Part shown: in pieces, positions 1-26,672 of the stretch
Numbering within the stretch: the first letter of the stretch is position 1
Layout of the letters: every line of letters starts with the position of its first letter
Assembly (NCBI GenBank): GCA_039096225.1
Contig: JBBPEB010000006.1
Span: 806,001 to 870,000 of the forward strand
Source of the DNA: Blastocystis sp. Blastoise
Taxonomy: Eukaryota; Protista; Bigyra: Opalinata
Direction of reading: 5' to 3'
DNA length: 64,000 nt
Made by a program: the position numbers and the translations under genes
Notes under the pieces: model-generated
Databases searched by the model: none
What the model was told of the DNA's origin: nothing
The model's input: the letters and a program-made list of their open reading frames with translations, nothing else

Positions 1-1
1 T

Positions 2-112
2 AAAGAAGAATATGGTGATATTCATGTAAATTTATTAGGTATAGGTGATTTCTTATTACAACTTATTCATTCTATTACAACTATTAATCAAAATAATACT
101 GAAATGGTATAA
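2..112 (+). CDS. 3' end (or an internal exon) of an unidentified gene entering the window
   Basis: Open frame KEEYGDIHVNLLGIGDFLLQLIHSITTINQNNTEMV then TAA, with coding-like composition, followed by AT-rich noncoding DNA. Confidence 0.45.
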   Translation, partial: KEEYGDIHVNLLGIGDFLLQLIHSITTINQNNTEMV

Positions 113-891
113 ATAATATATATATATTTTTTTATTGTGATTATTCTTTTTATAATATTATGTTATTATATATATATATATATTTATCATTTGTTCATTA
201 TCATTTTTAATTGTAACTTATATTTTATTATTTTGTTATGAATTTATATATATATATATTTAATATTTTTATAATGCTTTTGCTTTCATTTATGTTTCTA
301 TTTATATTCATGTAAACAAATATTAATTTTTTTTTTCTTACAGTATCATTCTAAAATATATTTGTTTTGTAATTTTTTTTACATATTCAAAATTTGAAAA
401 AAAAATACATTATTATTAAAACGAGATTCTACTTTTATAATATATTAGACATACTATATTATGTATATGCATATATCAATAATATATAAATAGATTTTTA
501 AAATATATCTCATTGTATTCAAAAGCATAAATATATGTATATATATATAGGTAGTATTGAAATTTGAAGACATTACAAAGAAAAACAATTAATTATTTAA
601 AATATGAAAACAAATATATCTTATTATTTATGATAAAAACAAAGTTGATTAAGTCTATTCATTTATAGATAACATATATATCCTAAAAGTAAATAAATAA
701 ATGATAAAAAAAAAGGCTATATTAATCAACTTTTAAAAATAAAAAAAGTAGAAAAAAAGTATTATCAACATTATAAGAAAGAAAACAAATACATATAAAC
801 AAATAGTCATAAAAGAAATATATATATATAAATTATTTTTCCAAACATAATAATAATAATATAGGACATATATTTACATATTAAAAGAGTA

Positions 892-12897
<12,006 letters not shown>

Positions 12898-13713
12898 TTT
12901 ATATTTTCTTATTAATATCTTATAGCTAATAGTATAAGTATTATTCGAATTTCAACTTATGAACTATAAAAATAATATATATTATACTTTTATGTTTATT
13001 TTTATTTTTATAGTCTTTAAATCATAATAATCTCGATTAATTTCACTTTTCAATTATTTTTTAATTGCATTTATTTATTAAATTCTATTATTAATATGTT
13101 TAATTTTTTTCTTATTGCATATAAGATGTATTCAGTTGATAATAAATATTCATTTTTTCATTTCTTAGTAATATAATGAGTGATGACGATACTAAAGATA
13201 TTCTAAAATATTATTTAATAAAACCTGAAGACTTTGATATATGCGTCAAATAGAAATATGCTAAATTTATGGTTATAGGAATAAAATAATTAGATAAAAT
13301 GTATTTTTTACTATGATTCTTATTATTATTCAAATTATTTTATTTTCAAGAGAGATTTTTATGCATCTAGAATATATAATAAAACATAGATTTTAAAATT
13401 GACTGATTGAGTCTGTAATTACTTTAGAATAACCAAAAAACAGAGTTATTTGTATATTAAAATAAAATTATTTTGTTCTATAATAAATTGATACAATTCT
13501 TAATAAAATATAAGCAACAATAAAAAATCATAGAAAAAAATATAGGTGATTATTTTATATATATATAATAAAAAAATAATGAAACACGAAATCTTAAAAA
13601 AATAAATAATAAAAGTATATTATTTTAAAAATATATTTATATATAATTATAATGAATAATTAATAAAAATTAAAAAAAATAAAATGTAAAATATAATTAT
13701 TATTACTATTTAA

Positions 13714-13990
13714 TTATAATCCACAATAACGTAAAATACGAGTTAATATTTTTTTAGTTATTTCTTGAATATCATTATCATGAATAGTAATAATATCTAA
13801 TAAATAAATAGATATATAAGGTTCAATAGCTTTATTATTAGGAATAGCGATAATTGGAGGTAGAACACAAGCTATGGTATCATCTATTGTTATTTTTGGA
13901 ACAATATTAAAATAATATAATAATATATTCTTTATTGATGTTGTAAAAATATCATCTAAATATATATATATATAGTAAATAGAATATAAA

Positions 13991-14026
<36 letters not shown>

Positions 14027-15630
14027 TATCTTGAGAATAATTATTTGAAATAGATTTAAATGTAGATATATATATAGTTAAAAACGATGGAAGACTAATT
14101 TTACATATCTATATATATAATTTATTAAATTATCTAAAAATAGATATATATACATCAATATATTTTGTATTAGTAATAAAATGAATATAATTATTCATAA
14201 TTTGTTTATACACTTTTTCTAAATATTCATTTGAAGTTTTCATCATCTCAACTAGATATATATATATTATATATTATATATTATAATATATTATATTTTA
14301 TATATTATATATTATATAAATATATACATAGCATGTCACTAGTTATCTGTTCAATTTTATTAAATAATAAATCCACACAATGATCATTAATAATAGAAGG
14401 ATGAATAGTATATATATATTTATCAATATATAATAATAAATGAATACAATTATTACAAGTTTCTTCATCACTATATATAGTGGTATTTATAACATTATTA
14501 ATAAAGATAATTATTAATAAGCATATTCTAATTATTAGAATATGTAAAATAAACACATTTATTATTATTAGTATACATATAAAAATAATCATATTTATAA
14601 CATTATTAATAAAGATAATTATTAATAAGCATATTCTAATTATTAGAATATGTAAAATAAACACATTTATTATTATTAGTATACATATAAAAATAATCAT
14701 ATTTATTATTATTCTACATATTTACTAATAATCATATTTATTATTATTATTATATATATTTACAAATAATCATATTTATTATATATATATATATACTCAA
14801 TAGTTTCAAAGGTAGATGTGATATTAGTTAATACATCATTCCAATTATCAATATTAATATTATTAAATATTCCTTGTTCTATTGTACCTATAGATTTTTC
14901 TATTTCTTTTTCTTCTTCTTTATTATCTATATCACTCTTAACAGATGTTACAGAAGTTGTTGATCTTGTAAGGTAACCAGTGGATTTCGGTTTAGAAATA
15001 ACACCAATTGTCTTTTTTGTAGCTTTCAAGTCACTTACAATCTATATATATATATAATACAAAATTCATTCTTTTCATAATTATTAATTATATATATATA
15101 TATATATACCTGTTGTATTTCTCGAATCATATTCTCTTCCTTCGTAATTGATAACATTTTTTCTGTTTCTTCAATATATATATCAATATATATATTTCCT
15201 TCTTCTTTCATATGTAAATACATATTAAATAGTAATATAATAATTTCTTTCTATATAATATTTATATTATTATATATATATAATTTATAAATAATCATTA
15301 CATACAGATATATTTGTAAGCTTTCCTTTACGTCTATTCACATTGAATTTCCCCTGGTTTTTTTCACCTATTTTTATATCATTGGATAATATTTGACAAA
15401 TAGAAAAGAATAATAATCGTAAATTCTCAGGGGAATCCGTATATTCTTGACTATAAATAATAAAATATTAATCGTATTATTCGTATTAGTGTTTTATGTA
15501 GAATATTGAGTAGATTTATATATATATATATACTATCCTTGGAATAAATAATTAAAAAGACGAATTATTGCTATATACACATCATCTACTTCTGAATTAT
15601 TTAATAAACTATATATATATATATATAAAT

Positions 15631-15664
<34 letters not shown>

Positions 15665-17234
15665 CTTATTATTTCTTGATACTTCTAAAACATGTGTATA
15701 TAATATTTTATATAAAGCCAAACGATTCTCATCCATTATTTGAGGATTTATAAGATTCTATATATACATATATATTAATTTAAAATATAAGTTAATAATA
15801 TATATATATATATATATACATCATTTTCATCAACAAAAGTAAGTAAAGGGAATGATATTTCCTAAATATATATATATATTATTATTATTATTATTATTAT
15901 TATTAAGACTTTAATTAAATGTAAATATATATATATATACTTCAAGACAGTTAATAGCAGCTAAAGGAACTTCTTTTCCTTCTCTATATATACAGCTACA
16001 TACATAGTCACAAATATGTGTATATATATCAAATAATTGAGGGAGAAGAACTAACTTGGGTAATAATAACTTTAATATACGTGCTACCTATATATATATA
16101 GTTTATTATGATATATAAAAATTATTATTATATCTAAAAATAATGATAATATATAAAATATAGATTAATATATATAATCAATTATTTGTTTATAATATAT
16201 AATAAATAATACTATATATATAATTATTTCTTTTAGTACATAAAATATATATATACGCCTTTTAACTGAATAGCTCTAGTTTCATTCCATTGTTTTTCAC
16301 TTGTATTTCGACTGTGATGCTGAATAATCACGGGAGAAGAAGAACTTGGACCTAAAATTATATATAGTATATATTATATATATATATATTATATATGTAT
16401 ATACTTTTCTCTTCTTTTAAAGCAGTTGCTTCTATTTTCTCAATTAATACATTTATACATTCATCAAATAATTCTAAGTAATTTCCCGCGATTATATATC
16501 CATCTTGAGCACAAATCAGTTGGAAAACCGTGTGTAACGCGGCATTACGAATACCAGGTCTCTATATATTATTAAATTAATAATAACTGAATATAAAATT
16601 ATAAAATATAAAATATATAAAATATATAAAATATAAAATATATAATGTAAAATATATATAATATAAAATATATAAAATTTTTATAATATAAAATATATAA
16701 AATATATAGAATATAAAATATATAAAATATATAAAATATATAAAATATATAAAATATATAAAAAATATAAAATATATAAAATAATATCTATATACAGGAT
16801 CATAACATATAGGAAGAATACAAGTATATAATTCCCGTCGGAATCCGTTAATTAATTTACGTTTGGAGAAATCATCGAGTTCTATTCATAATATATATAT
16901 ATATATAATATTATATTATTATTAAATATATATATATACTTCTTGCTATAACTAATATATAATCTAGAATCTTCCACAGTAAACCAATTGATGTTAACGA
17001 CACGTTATGATCAATAGTCTATATATATATAATAAGAATAGTAATATTAATAGTAAATAGATCAATTATAATACTAATAATATAAAATAGATAAGTTATA
17101 ATACTAATAATATATATATATATATATATATACTTGTTTTGCATAAGCAGCAATAACACTAATTAAATCAGGGATTTCCGCGGGGGAAAGAGAAGGTAAA
17201 TAATCATCCAATATCATTTGAAGAGATTTAAATG

Positions 17235-17277
<43 letters not shown>

Positions 17278-17307
17278 CAACACAATCATTTGTTGGAGCA
17301 GTTTTCT

Positions 17308-17369
<62 letters not shown>

Positions 17370-17967
17370 TTTAAGAGGCATAAGAATATATCTCCACATT
17401 CCCGTGAATATTTCGCTTTCCATAATAGTATCATAAAGATTATTCACGGTAATAGTTCTAGTCATTTCATTGGATAATAATAAATTAATCCATTTTAATA
17501 ATTCAACAACTTGTTTTGATGTAAATATATTGTTTTTATTATCAGAATTATTTTCTATTTCTTGCTGATCTTTCTCATTATTTTCATGATTATTTGAATA
17601 TAAAGAAGAAGTATATCGATGTAATATACAATTTATAAGTATACATAATTGATTACTTATATATATAATATAAGGGTATATAGATATATGACTTAGAATA
17701 TCTTGTATATAGGGTGCTAGTGAAGGCCATAAACAATCAAGACGCTCAAGGTAGGGGATATTAAGGATTATAGGTGGGGAAAGAGAATAAAATAGTATAT
17801 ATAGTATATTGTTATAACTTATAATATTTATATAACATATATATAAGATTTATATAATATATAATATTAATATAAGATTTATATAAGATTTATATAATAT
17901 ATATATGGATATATTCTTCTTAAGAATTTTGAAGAGAATAGAAAGTGATAGAGGGGGATAATTATCC

Positions 17968-18008
<41 letters not shown>

Positions 18009-18069
18009 TAAAACTATTTTTATAATATCGTTCAAGTTGCTCTGCAGTTATATTAGAATCCTCAAGAGC

Positions 18070-18123
<54 letters not shown>

Positions 18124-18744
18124 ATTAAATATATAATTAAATATATAATTAAATATATAATAAAATAAATAATTATAAATAATCTTGATACATATTTATA
18201 ATATATTCTATATACGTTTAATTTTTCGTTCTCCATTATTAGGATTCCCGCGGGGATAAAAGTCTCCCATAAGAATGAATAGTCCATTATATATATCAAT
18301 AACTATAAATAATTAAATAAATATTTTTTATATATAACATATATATACGAGCATCATTGGTTAATTTAATTGTGTTTTCAACGAATTCATTAGATTTATG
18401 ATCTAAGAATTCTTCTTGTTCGTATAGAGCTGTTGAGGGTGTGACAGAGTGAGGGATTAAGGAAAGCAATTATTATACATATATATATATATATATATAA
18501 GTGGATATTGTTTTAATATTATGAATATATAAATCAATTGTTTGAATTGTGCTGAATATGTCTGAATATCCATCTTTTATGCTATCTCCTGACGATAAAA
18601 GAACCTTAAACAAATTCTGTAATGACTATATATATACATTCATATTAATAGTATTATTATACTATTTTAGTATTGTTATATAATAGTATAAAAAGGTTAT
18701 TATATATTATTTTCTTTATTATTGTTATATTATAGTTTTTAAAA

Positions 18745-18777
<33 letters not shown>

Positions 18778-19111
18778 TAATATATATACAATCATGTTTT
18801 CTGCAGATAGAGGTTGTGTGGACACACGATTCGATAATGTAGACTATTGAATAGTATATAATAGCATATAATAATAAATAATATATAATATATAATAATA
18901 TAATATATAATAAATATATATAATATATTTAATAAGAATATTATATATATATTATGTACCTTGCAAAGAATGAAGATAAGTGGTTCTCGGTAACTGAGAA
19001 GAGAAAGAGAACAAGAAATCGATATACAATTATATAATATCTATATATATATATATATATAAAACAATTCTTTAAAAAAATAACATTAATAATATAATAA
19101 AACATTATGAT

Positions 19112-19149
<38 letters not shown>

Positions 19150-19826
19150 TTCATTTGTCATAGTCATTAGGCTATCACCTTTATTATATTTCATTAAGGC
19201 AGTTAATGGAGTATTCGCGGAACTAACAACACTCTCACCAATTTCATGAATATAATCACGATTATAAGTAGTATCACTATTATAAGCATAATATAAGTTA
19301 TAATACATAATATGTAATAAATATAATAAATATTATAATAAAACAAATATTATAATATAATAAAACAAATATTATAATACAACAAAACAAATATTATATA
19401 AAACAAATATTATAATAAAATAAATATTATAAAAAAATAATAATATATATATATATACTTTAATTCACAAAGAATAGTAGCACAATGAGATAATTCTTTA
19501 ATAATAAAAAAAGCATATAAATATAAGTCTTCTTTTTCAATTTCAATTTCTTCAGGAATAATAAAATTAGCATGAGCACGTGATTCAAATAAACCTAATT
19601 TGTCATAAAGAATATAGCACGTGTTATCTGTTTGTGTTCCTTTTTCGAAGAGTATACCAATATGTTTAATAAGTTTTGAATATAACTATATATATAATTA
19701 ATTGAATGATTATATATATATAATTAATATACTGATTTTTCTTGGCATAATTTGCAAACGTTATAAATACATTTTTCATGCTTAGAACATATATATAATA
19801 ATTCAATACAACACATAGAATAAGGA

Positions 19827-19861
<35 letters not shown>

Positions 19862-21114
19862 ACGTTAATAATAATAATTCTTTAATAATAGAATAATAAA
19901 AAATTTAGTAATAAAAATAATATATATACCTAATTTGGGTTCTTTTGTATCTTTTTTCACTAATTTATTTATATAAGAAATAATTTCTTCAGTAATATAA
20001 GGATATATATCAATATATTGAGTTAATAATACCGATAAGCTTTTAAAACATATTGTAATATCATGATTATTCATATCAGAATTAAAATAAGCCATCATTG
20101 GGGTCACAAACTATATATTTATATATATAATGGTTATAGAATTATATTATATATAGAGAGAAAATATAATTTTTAAAAAAATGTTATATTTATGATTATA
20201 AAAAGAAATTCAAGAGATTATTGTTAATTTACTATAATAATAAACTACAATAGAATAGTAAACACAAATAATTTCAAAGTACAAAAAAAAATAAAATAAA
20301 GACTAGAATAACATAGAAATAAAAATATCAATATATATATATATATACTTCTTTTTTCAATAATTCATGATACATACAATTATACTTGAATATATCACTA
20401 TGTGAATTGATAATAGAGAGAGAAAGATCGAAAGCATAATCTGTTTCTATATATATATCTGACAACCAGAGAGGAGGAGATTTCTGAAAAATACGAAGAA
20501 AATCCTATAAATAATAATTATTATTATATAATTATTATATAGTTTTTTTATCCTTAAAAACATTATAACAATAACTATAATAGCAAACATAATAGTCCTT
20601 ATAATCATATACTTTTAATAACATAAGTAAACATTTATTATATGATTTCTCTTCTTCTTCTTCGTTTTCTTCTTTTTCTCCTTCATTTCTCGATATACGT
20701 TCTCTTGTTTCATCCAATACACGCTGAGATAAAGTTAATATAATCTATATATATATATATATAATTTCATATGATTTCATAAAAGATAATAAAAACAAGT
20801 TGTTTAATATATAATAAAATAATTAGTATTTATAATATATATATATAAAGAATAGTAATAATATTATAAAGAATATATAAATCTATATTAAAAATAATAT
20901 ATATATACTTGTTCTAAAGTAGCTTTCGTTGTATTAATAAGAATAGGTTCTTTCGAATATTCTTCATCGGAAAAAACTTGTATTAAAATAGTAATTACAT
21001 CATGTAATAATGAAGAAGGAAGTATATAATTTGTATTATCAATAATCACGGGAATTGTTTGAAACATACGAATTAACATATCACTTGTTGTTCCCAATTG
21101 AATCTACATATATA

Positions 21115-21181
<67 letters not shown>

Positions 21182-21727
21182 TATTATTATCATTATTACT
21201 ATTATTATTATTATTACTATTATTATAAATTCATTATAAATAAATTCTTTAAAAAATATATATTATTTAAAATAATAAAACATACACGAGTAAGAATAGC
21301 TTCAACTATATCTCCAAGAGAACTTGTTTTTACCATTTCATAAGATATCAGATGTAATACACCAGTAAGTGAAATATCAACTAACTTACTAGATACTTTA
21401 TTTGTTTTTAAAGTAGTTATAAATGGTGATGCAAAATCAGCACTCTTAATTTTCTTCTATTTATATATGTATGCAATAACTTTTAAGACATATAGTAAAC
21501 GAATAAAAGATAGAATTTAAAAATAAAAACCATACAGGATTATCAGGATATTTCTTAATCAATGATAATAGCGTTTGAATACCATTATCAGCATCATCAC
21601 GGATCTCAGAAACTAAAATATATATAATATTATTCACAGATATAGTGTAGTAACAAAATATACATTTCTTTTTACATTCCGTAGAAAGATTTCTCAAATC
21701 CAATTCAACAATCTTAGCACCATTCAT
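13714..21727 (-). CDS. MON2: Protein MON2 homolog (Arf-GEF-related Golgi/endosome scaffold), many exons
   Basis: Spliced exons give MON2-type motifs: N-terminal [13 protein letters not shown]...[65 protein letters not shown]; last exon ends ILRYCGL-TAA at 13714. Confidence 0.85.
14484..14700. repeat. 108-bp direct tandem duplication inside a MON2 intron
   Basis: The unit tatttataacattattaataaagat...aaaaataatca starts at both 14484 and 14592. Confidence 0.9.
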
Positions 21728-22845
21728 TGAGTTATACGATTATCAATAATAATAAATATTGATTACAAAACAAAGGAAATTCAATATATAATAGATTCTT
21801 TTGAAGAATCTAATCAAGATCCCCAACATTTTCCCAACATTTCCTGCTAAAATATCATTTTCCACACGGGTTTACGTCGTCTCACCAAAATAAATAGAAT
21901 TTCTTTCAGCATGTTCATCTATTTTCTTTTATTTAAAGCATAAAAAAGATAATAATTGTCAATATTAACGACTAAGCTGTATAAATGAATCATAGGGCCA
22001 ATTGTAAGAGCCAATTGCTCGTGCGTTTTTTCACCATTTGCTTTTATATCTTTCTAAATGATAATATGCTTAAGAAATCACACTTCTCAAACGTTCCATA
22101 ATCTTATTTATCGCCTAATATATTTAAATAGACTTTTCAAATAATCTTTTTATCTATTTTTCTGCATTTTATTGTTATCTAATAATTTTAAAATTTATAG
22201 TTGATTTGTTGTATGCATATTATGAAGCGTATTACAATATTTCTGATGATATCAAAAAAATGACTATCCATTCTTCAGAGATAATTAATGCGATACTATT
22301 AATATAGTATTGATTATATTCATGAATAAGGAAACATGCTCAAAGATTGTGATTGTAGATTTTCTGGATAAAAACGATAAACAGAATAGTAAAACTATGA
22401 CTTTTGTTGTTTCAATAGACTAGTTGCTAATATTATAAACTGGTATGCATTTTCTTTATCTTTCAAAGAAGAAATAACTAAAATAATTGTTTAATAAATT
22501 GTAAATGATAGAATACCTATATAGTAATTGTATGTTTATCAATTCTATACCTTGGATTAATCTGATCTCACCGTAGCATCCTATATTCATCATGAAATGA
22601 GATCATCAAGAAATGAAAACAGCTCTAAATCTCGTAATAATTAAAATTGAGTTTCCTTATTATTGTTTTCCTACAATGGGTATTTAAAAAACATATAATA
22701 ATTATTTATTTTTAAATATATCCAAAGAATATTGAAAAGAAAAATTTGTAAAGAATTAGAGTTCTTAAAGAAAACTGAATCCTTCTTATATTTTTCAAAT
22801 CAATACTTTTTAATTTCTGTTTTTATTTATTGATTCATAAAAGCG

Positions 22846-24237
22846 ATGGATTTTAATATAGTAACAAGAGCGAATAACCCAAGTACTTTTATATGAATAC
22901 GTTAATACATTATTTCTTTAGCAAGAATGTCAATTAGTCAAAGAGTGCATAATAGACATGAGAAAGAAACAAAACATCATAATCTAGTTCTCTTTAAGTA
23001 TGTATGGTTATAAATTCAAACGCTCCAAATTTGAATAGAAGCATTGGATCTTCTTGTTTATATTTTACTTTTCTTATTTTCATATAAAATCGTTAATTTA
23101 TCTATATCTAGAAATTACTCGATTATTGTATGCATTACTGCATTCATTATTTTTTTAATTTTATATCTTGTAAAAAGTGATGTTCACATTTATTGTGGAG
23201 GTGATGTTCGAAACTGTAATTATATATGAATTTACATTGTTTTTATATATTTTTATGTATATATAATTATTCTTCAAATATATTTATTAAGATAAATTAT
23301 ATTTCTCTTAATAGTTCTATTTTTTAAATAATATAATTATATATAAATATATGTATATAGATTGTGAACCTTGTCCTGAATTTGGTACATGTACTTCATA
23401 TAAATGTATATGTGATAATACCTATAAGTTTATTAATGGAAAATGTCAACGAGATCCTGTAGGTTAATTATATTATTATTATATTTTATTATTATATTAT
23501 ATTATATTATTATTATATTATTATTATATTTATAGTTATTATATTATTATATTATTATATTATTATTATATTTATAGTTATTATTAAGTAAAGTAGAAAT
23601 TATTCAATCGATTATCATCAATAAATTACAGTATATATATATATATAATTACAGTTAATATTCTTTTATTATCAATTACGTTTTTCTACTATATCTATAT
23701 AAAATCTTATAATAATTATTATATATATATATATAAAGACATTTGGCTGGTACAAAATTATATTATAAAGAGTTAAATAGGGAAACAACTGAGTTGAAAT
23801 TATCTGAAACAGAATTTAACCATACAATTGAAGAGAATAACGTTGAAAATCTTGTTCAATATGATGTATTATACTCAGAATTAAAAGAATTATTATCAAA
23901 ATATATTAATAATAATACTATGTCGTTTAAAGATGAAACTAAAGATATAAACAATTCTATTCCCACGGGGGAACAAGAGAATAAAGAGAGTCATGAAAGT
24001 TCTGCATATATTAAAGAAAATGATAAAAGAAAAGAGATAAATAGCCCGCTCTTTTTTATGGCGCCAAAAGAAGAAGCTGTTATGACATACACACAACAAA
24101 TAACGTTATTTATTTATAAAAATAGATATATTCTTATGAAGATGATAACCACAATAACCGCTGTTACTACTGCTTTTATAAAAATATATCAATTTTTCTT
24201 TGATAAACAACTGGTAAGAAGTTATTTATATGATTAT

Positions 24238-24296
<59 letters not shown>

Positions 24297-24805
24297 TTCG
24301 TGACGTTGTTAACGAAACCCTCAATCTGTTATATGACGCATCTCTCACAGATCCAGAAGCTACAGTTAATTTAGATATTATTAAACAGCAATTAACACCA
24401 AAGATACACTCTCATTCAGGAGTTCATTATATATGGAATAAGGTATTTATATTCTTATTTATATATATATTTATTTTTATTTATATATATATATTTAATT
24501 TTATTATATTTGATTTATTGTTATTATTATACAATTTAAATATAATTTTCATCACTTAATATATATATATGTATTTATTATATTTTTATAGGCTTTAAAA
24601 TTATTATTAAATAGCAATTGTTTAATAATATATAACCATAAAACAAATCATGGAACAATTGAATACTTAGCGTATATATATATATATAATATTCTTTTTT
24701 AAAACTGAATACACATATTTTTTTTATTTATTTTATTTATATTAATATATATATAGTACATTTGATGCTCCTTCTTATCAACATAAAAAAACACGATTTA
24801 ATTGA
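22846..24805 (+). CDS. Man1/Src1 (MSC-domain, LEM2/Heh1-like) inner nuclear membrane protein, multi-exon
   Basis: Spliced product: TM helix (IIVCITAFIIFLILYLV), luminal YCGG..YCEPCPEFGTC...CICDNTYKFINGKCQRDP, a second hydrophobic helix, then a C-terminal region with HYIWNKAL resembling the MSC winged helix; ends TGA. Confidence 0.65.
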
Positions 24806-26020
24806 GTATTTCTATATATATATAGTATAAATTTTCTATATGAATTCTTCTACATTTTTTTTTTATTCTATATATCTATTAGTTTACATTCTATACTTTG
24901 TTTTTAATATTATCTGCTTTTCTATCCTATTATAAAAAAATATAACTGTATATTGTTACTATATGTTTAGCTTTGTATTTCTGATGTTTGTTGAGTATTT
25001 ATGATATCGAAAATTAAAAAAAAAAAACAATTTAATAAATAGTAAATATAATAAAAATGAAAAGTTTAAAAACAAGTCAATAAAAATAAATATCTAATTA
25101 ATAACATAGATAATATAACATTACATATAATTCTTTCTTTTTTAATAATTTAAAGAACAAAAGGAAAATTGATACAAAAGAATTAAATACAGAAACATGA
25201 ATAGATAAAATCAAAAGGACTCAAAAAAAATAAATTTATATATATATATATTTATATAATACATTTAGATATATATGCACAGATATTCACAATAATATAT
25301 ATATAATTTATAAAAAATATAAAGCAAGTTTTTTAATATAAAGTGATATATAATGAATAATATAAGACATAATAGCAGTTATAGAATTTATATATATATA
25401 GGAGAAAGGAAATTCTTTAATAAAATACTAGCAAATTACTGTTAGCAACATATATATATACATTAATATTAATACTAACACTACTATATAGAGAAATAAT
25501 TGATTAATCAGTTTCTATTTATAGTATAATTAGTATTAGAATCAAATATATATATATATATAATTAAATACAGTCTTTTCATAAAGCAAGCAATATATAT
25601 ACATATATAAAGTAGAAAAAAATATGTATAAATAGTGAATAATCAAATAAATAATGAATGCATAGATATATACACATAAATATATATATATATATATATC
25701 AAAAGATAAGTATATATAGAACAAAAAAAAAATAAAATGCAAAATAAAATTAAAATAGTAATACATAATATAAGTATGTATATAATATAATATTAGTAAC
25801 ATAGATATATAGAGTATATAATTATAAAAACATATGAAATAAATTGTATAAGAAAGTAAATAGCAACAAATATATAAAAACAATATATAAATAAGATTAA
25901 TAAAATAAAAGAGATATCGAATAGAAAAACAAATAGTCTCAATATATAGTAAATATATATCAATTTTTAAATAATTATAATCAAACACATATAAAATATA
26001 AATAAAATTGACATTTTTAA

Positions 26021-26187
26021 TTATTGAGAAATTGTGGAATCCTGTAATGGAACAGTGTTCTTTTCTCCTTGATTATTATTATTATTATTATTATCTGAGA
26101 TATTATTATTATTTTTATTATTATTATCTTTATTATTATTATTATTAATAGTAGTAGTAGTATTAACTGAAGGAAGAGGAGAAGACG

Positions 26188-26254
<67 letters not shown>

Positions 26255-26636
26255 ATTACTATTCATGCTATTATTAGAATGATAAGTAGAAGGAGAGGAA
26301 GCTTGTATGGGACCAGGAATAGACTCTCCAATAACAGGAATATTCGAGAAAGAAGAAGAAGAAGAAGACTTGGAAACATTAATCATATTATTATTATTAT
26401 TATTACCATTATTATTATTCATATAATTAAAGAATTCAGTAATAGATACACTCTTTAACGCAGGATATGCTTTCCCGTGGAAATAAGTATTTATTGGTAT
26501 ATAGAAAAGAGGCCTAAATTCAGGAGGTAACTGCATAATCATTGTTTCTTTTGACTTGGATTTCATATGAACCATTCCCTATATATATATATTAAATAAT
26601 AGTATTAAATAACATTATACGATAAATATATTAAAT

Positions 26637-26672
<36 letters not shown>

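Noticed and set aside
22200-22425. Exon-like fragments in the MON2/MSC intergenic region
   Set aside because: Short, stop-interrupted, no recognisable homology and no consistent splice model
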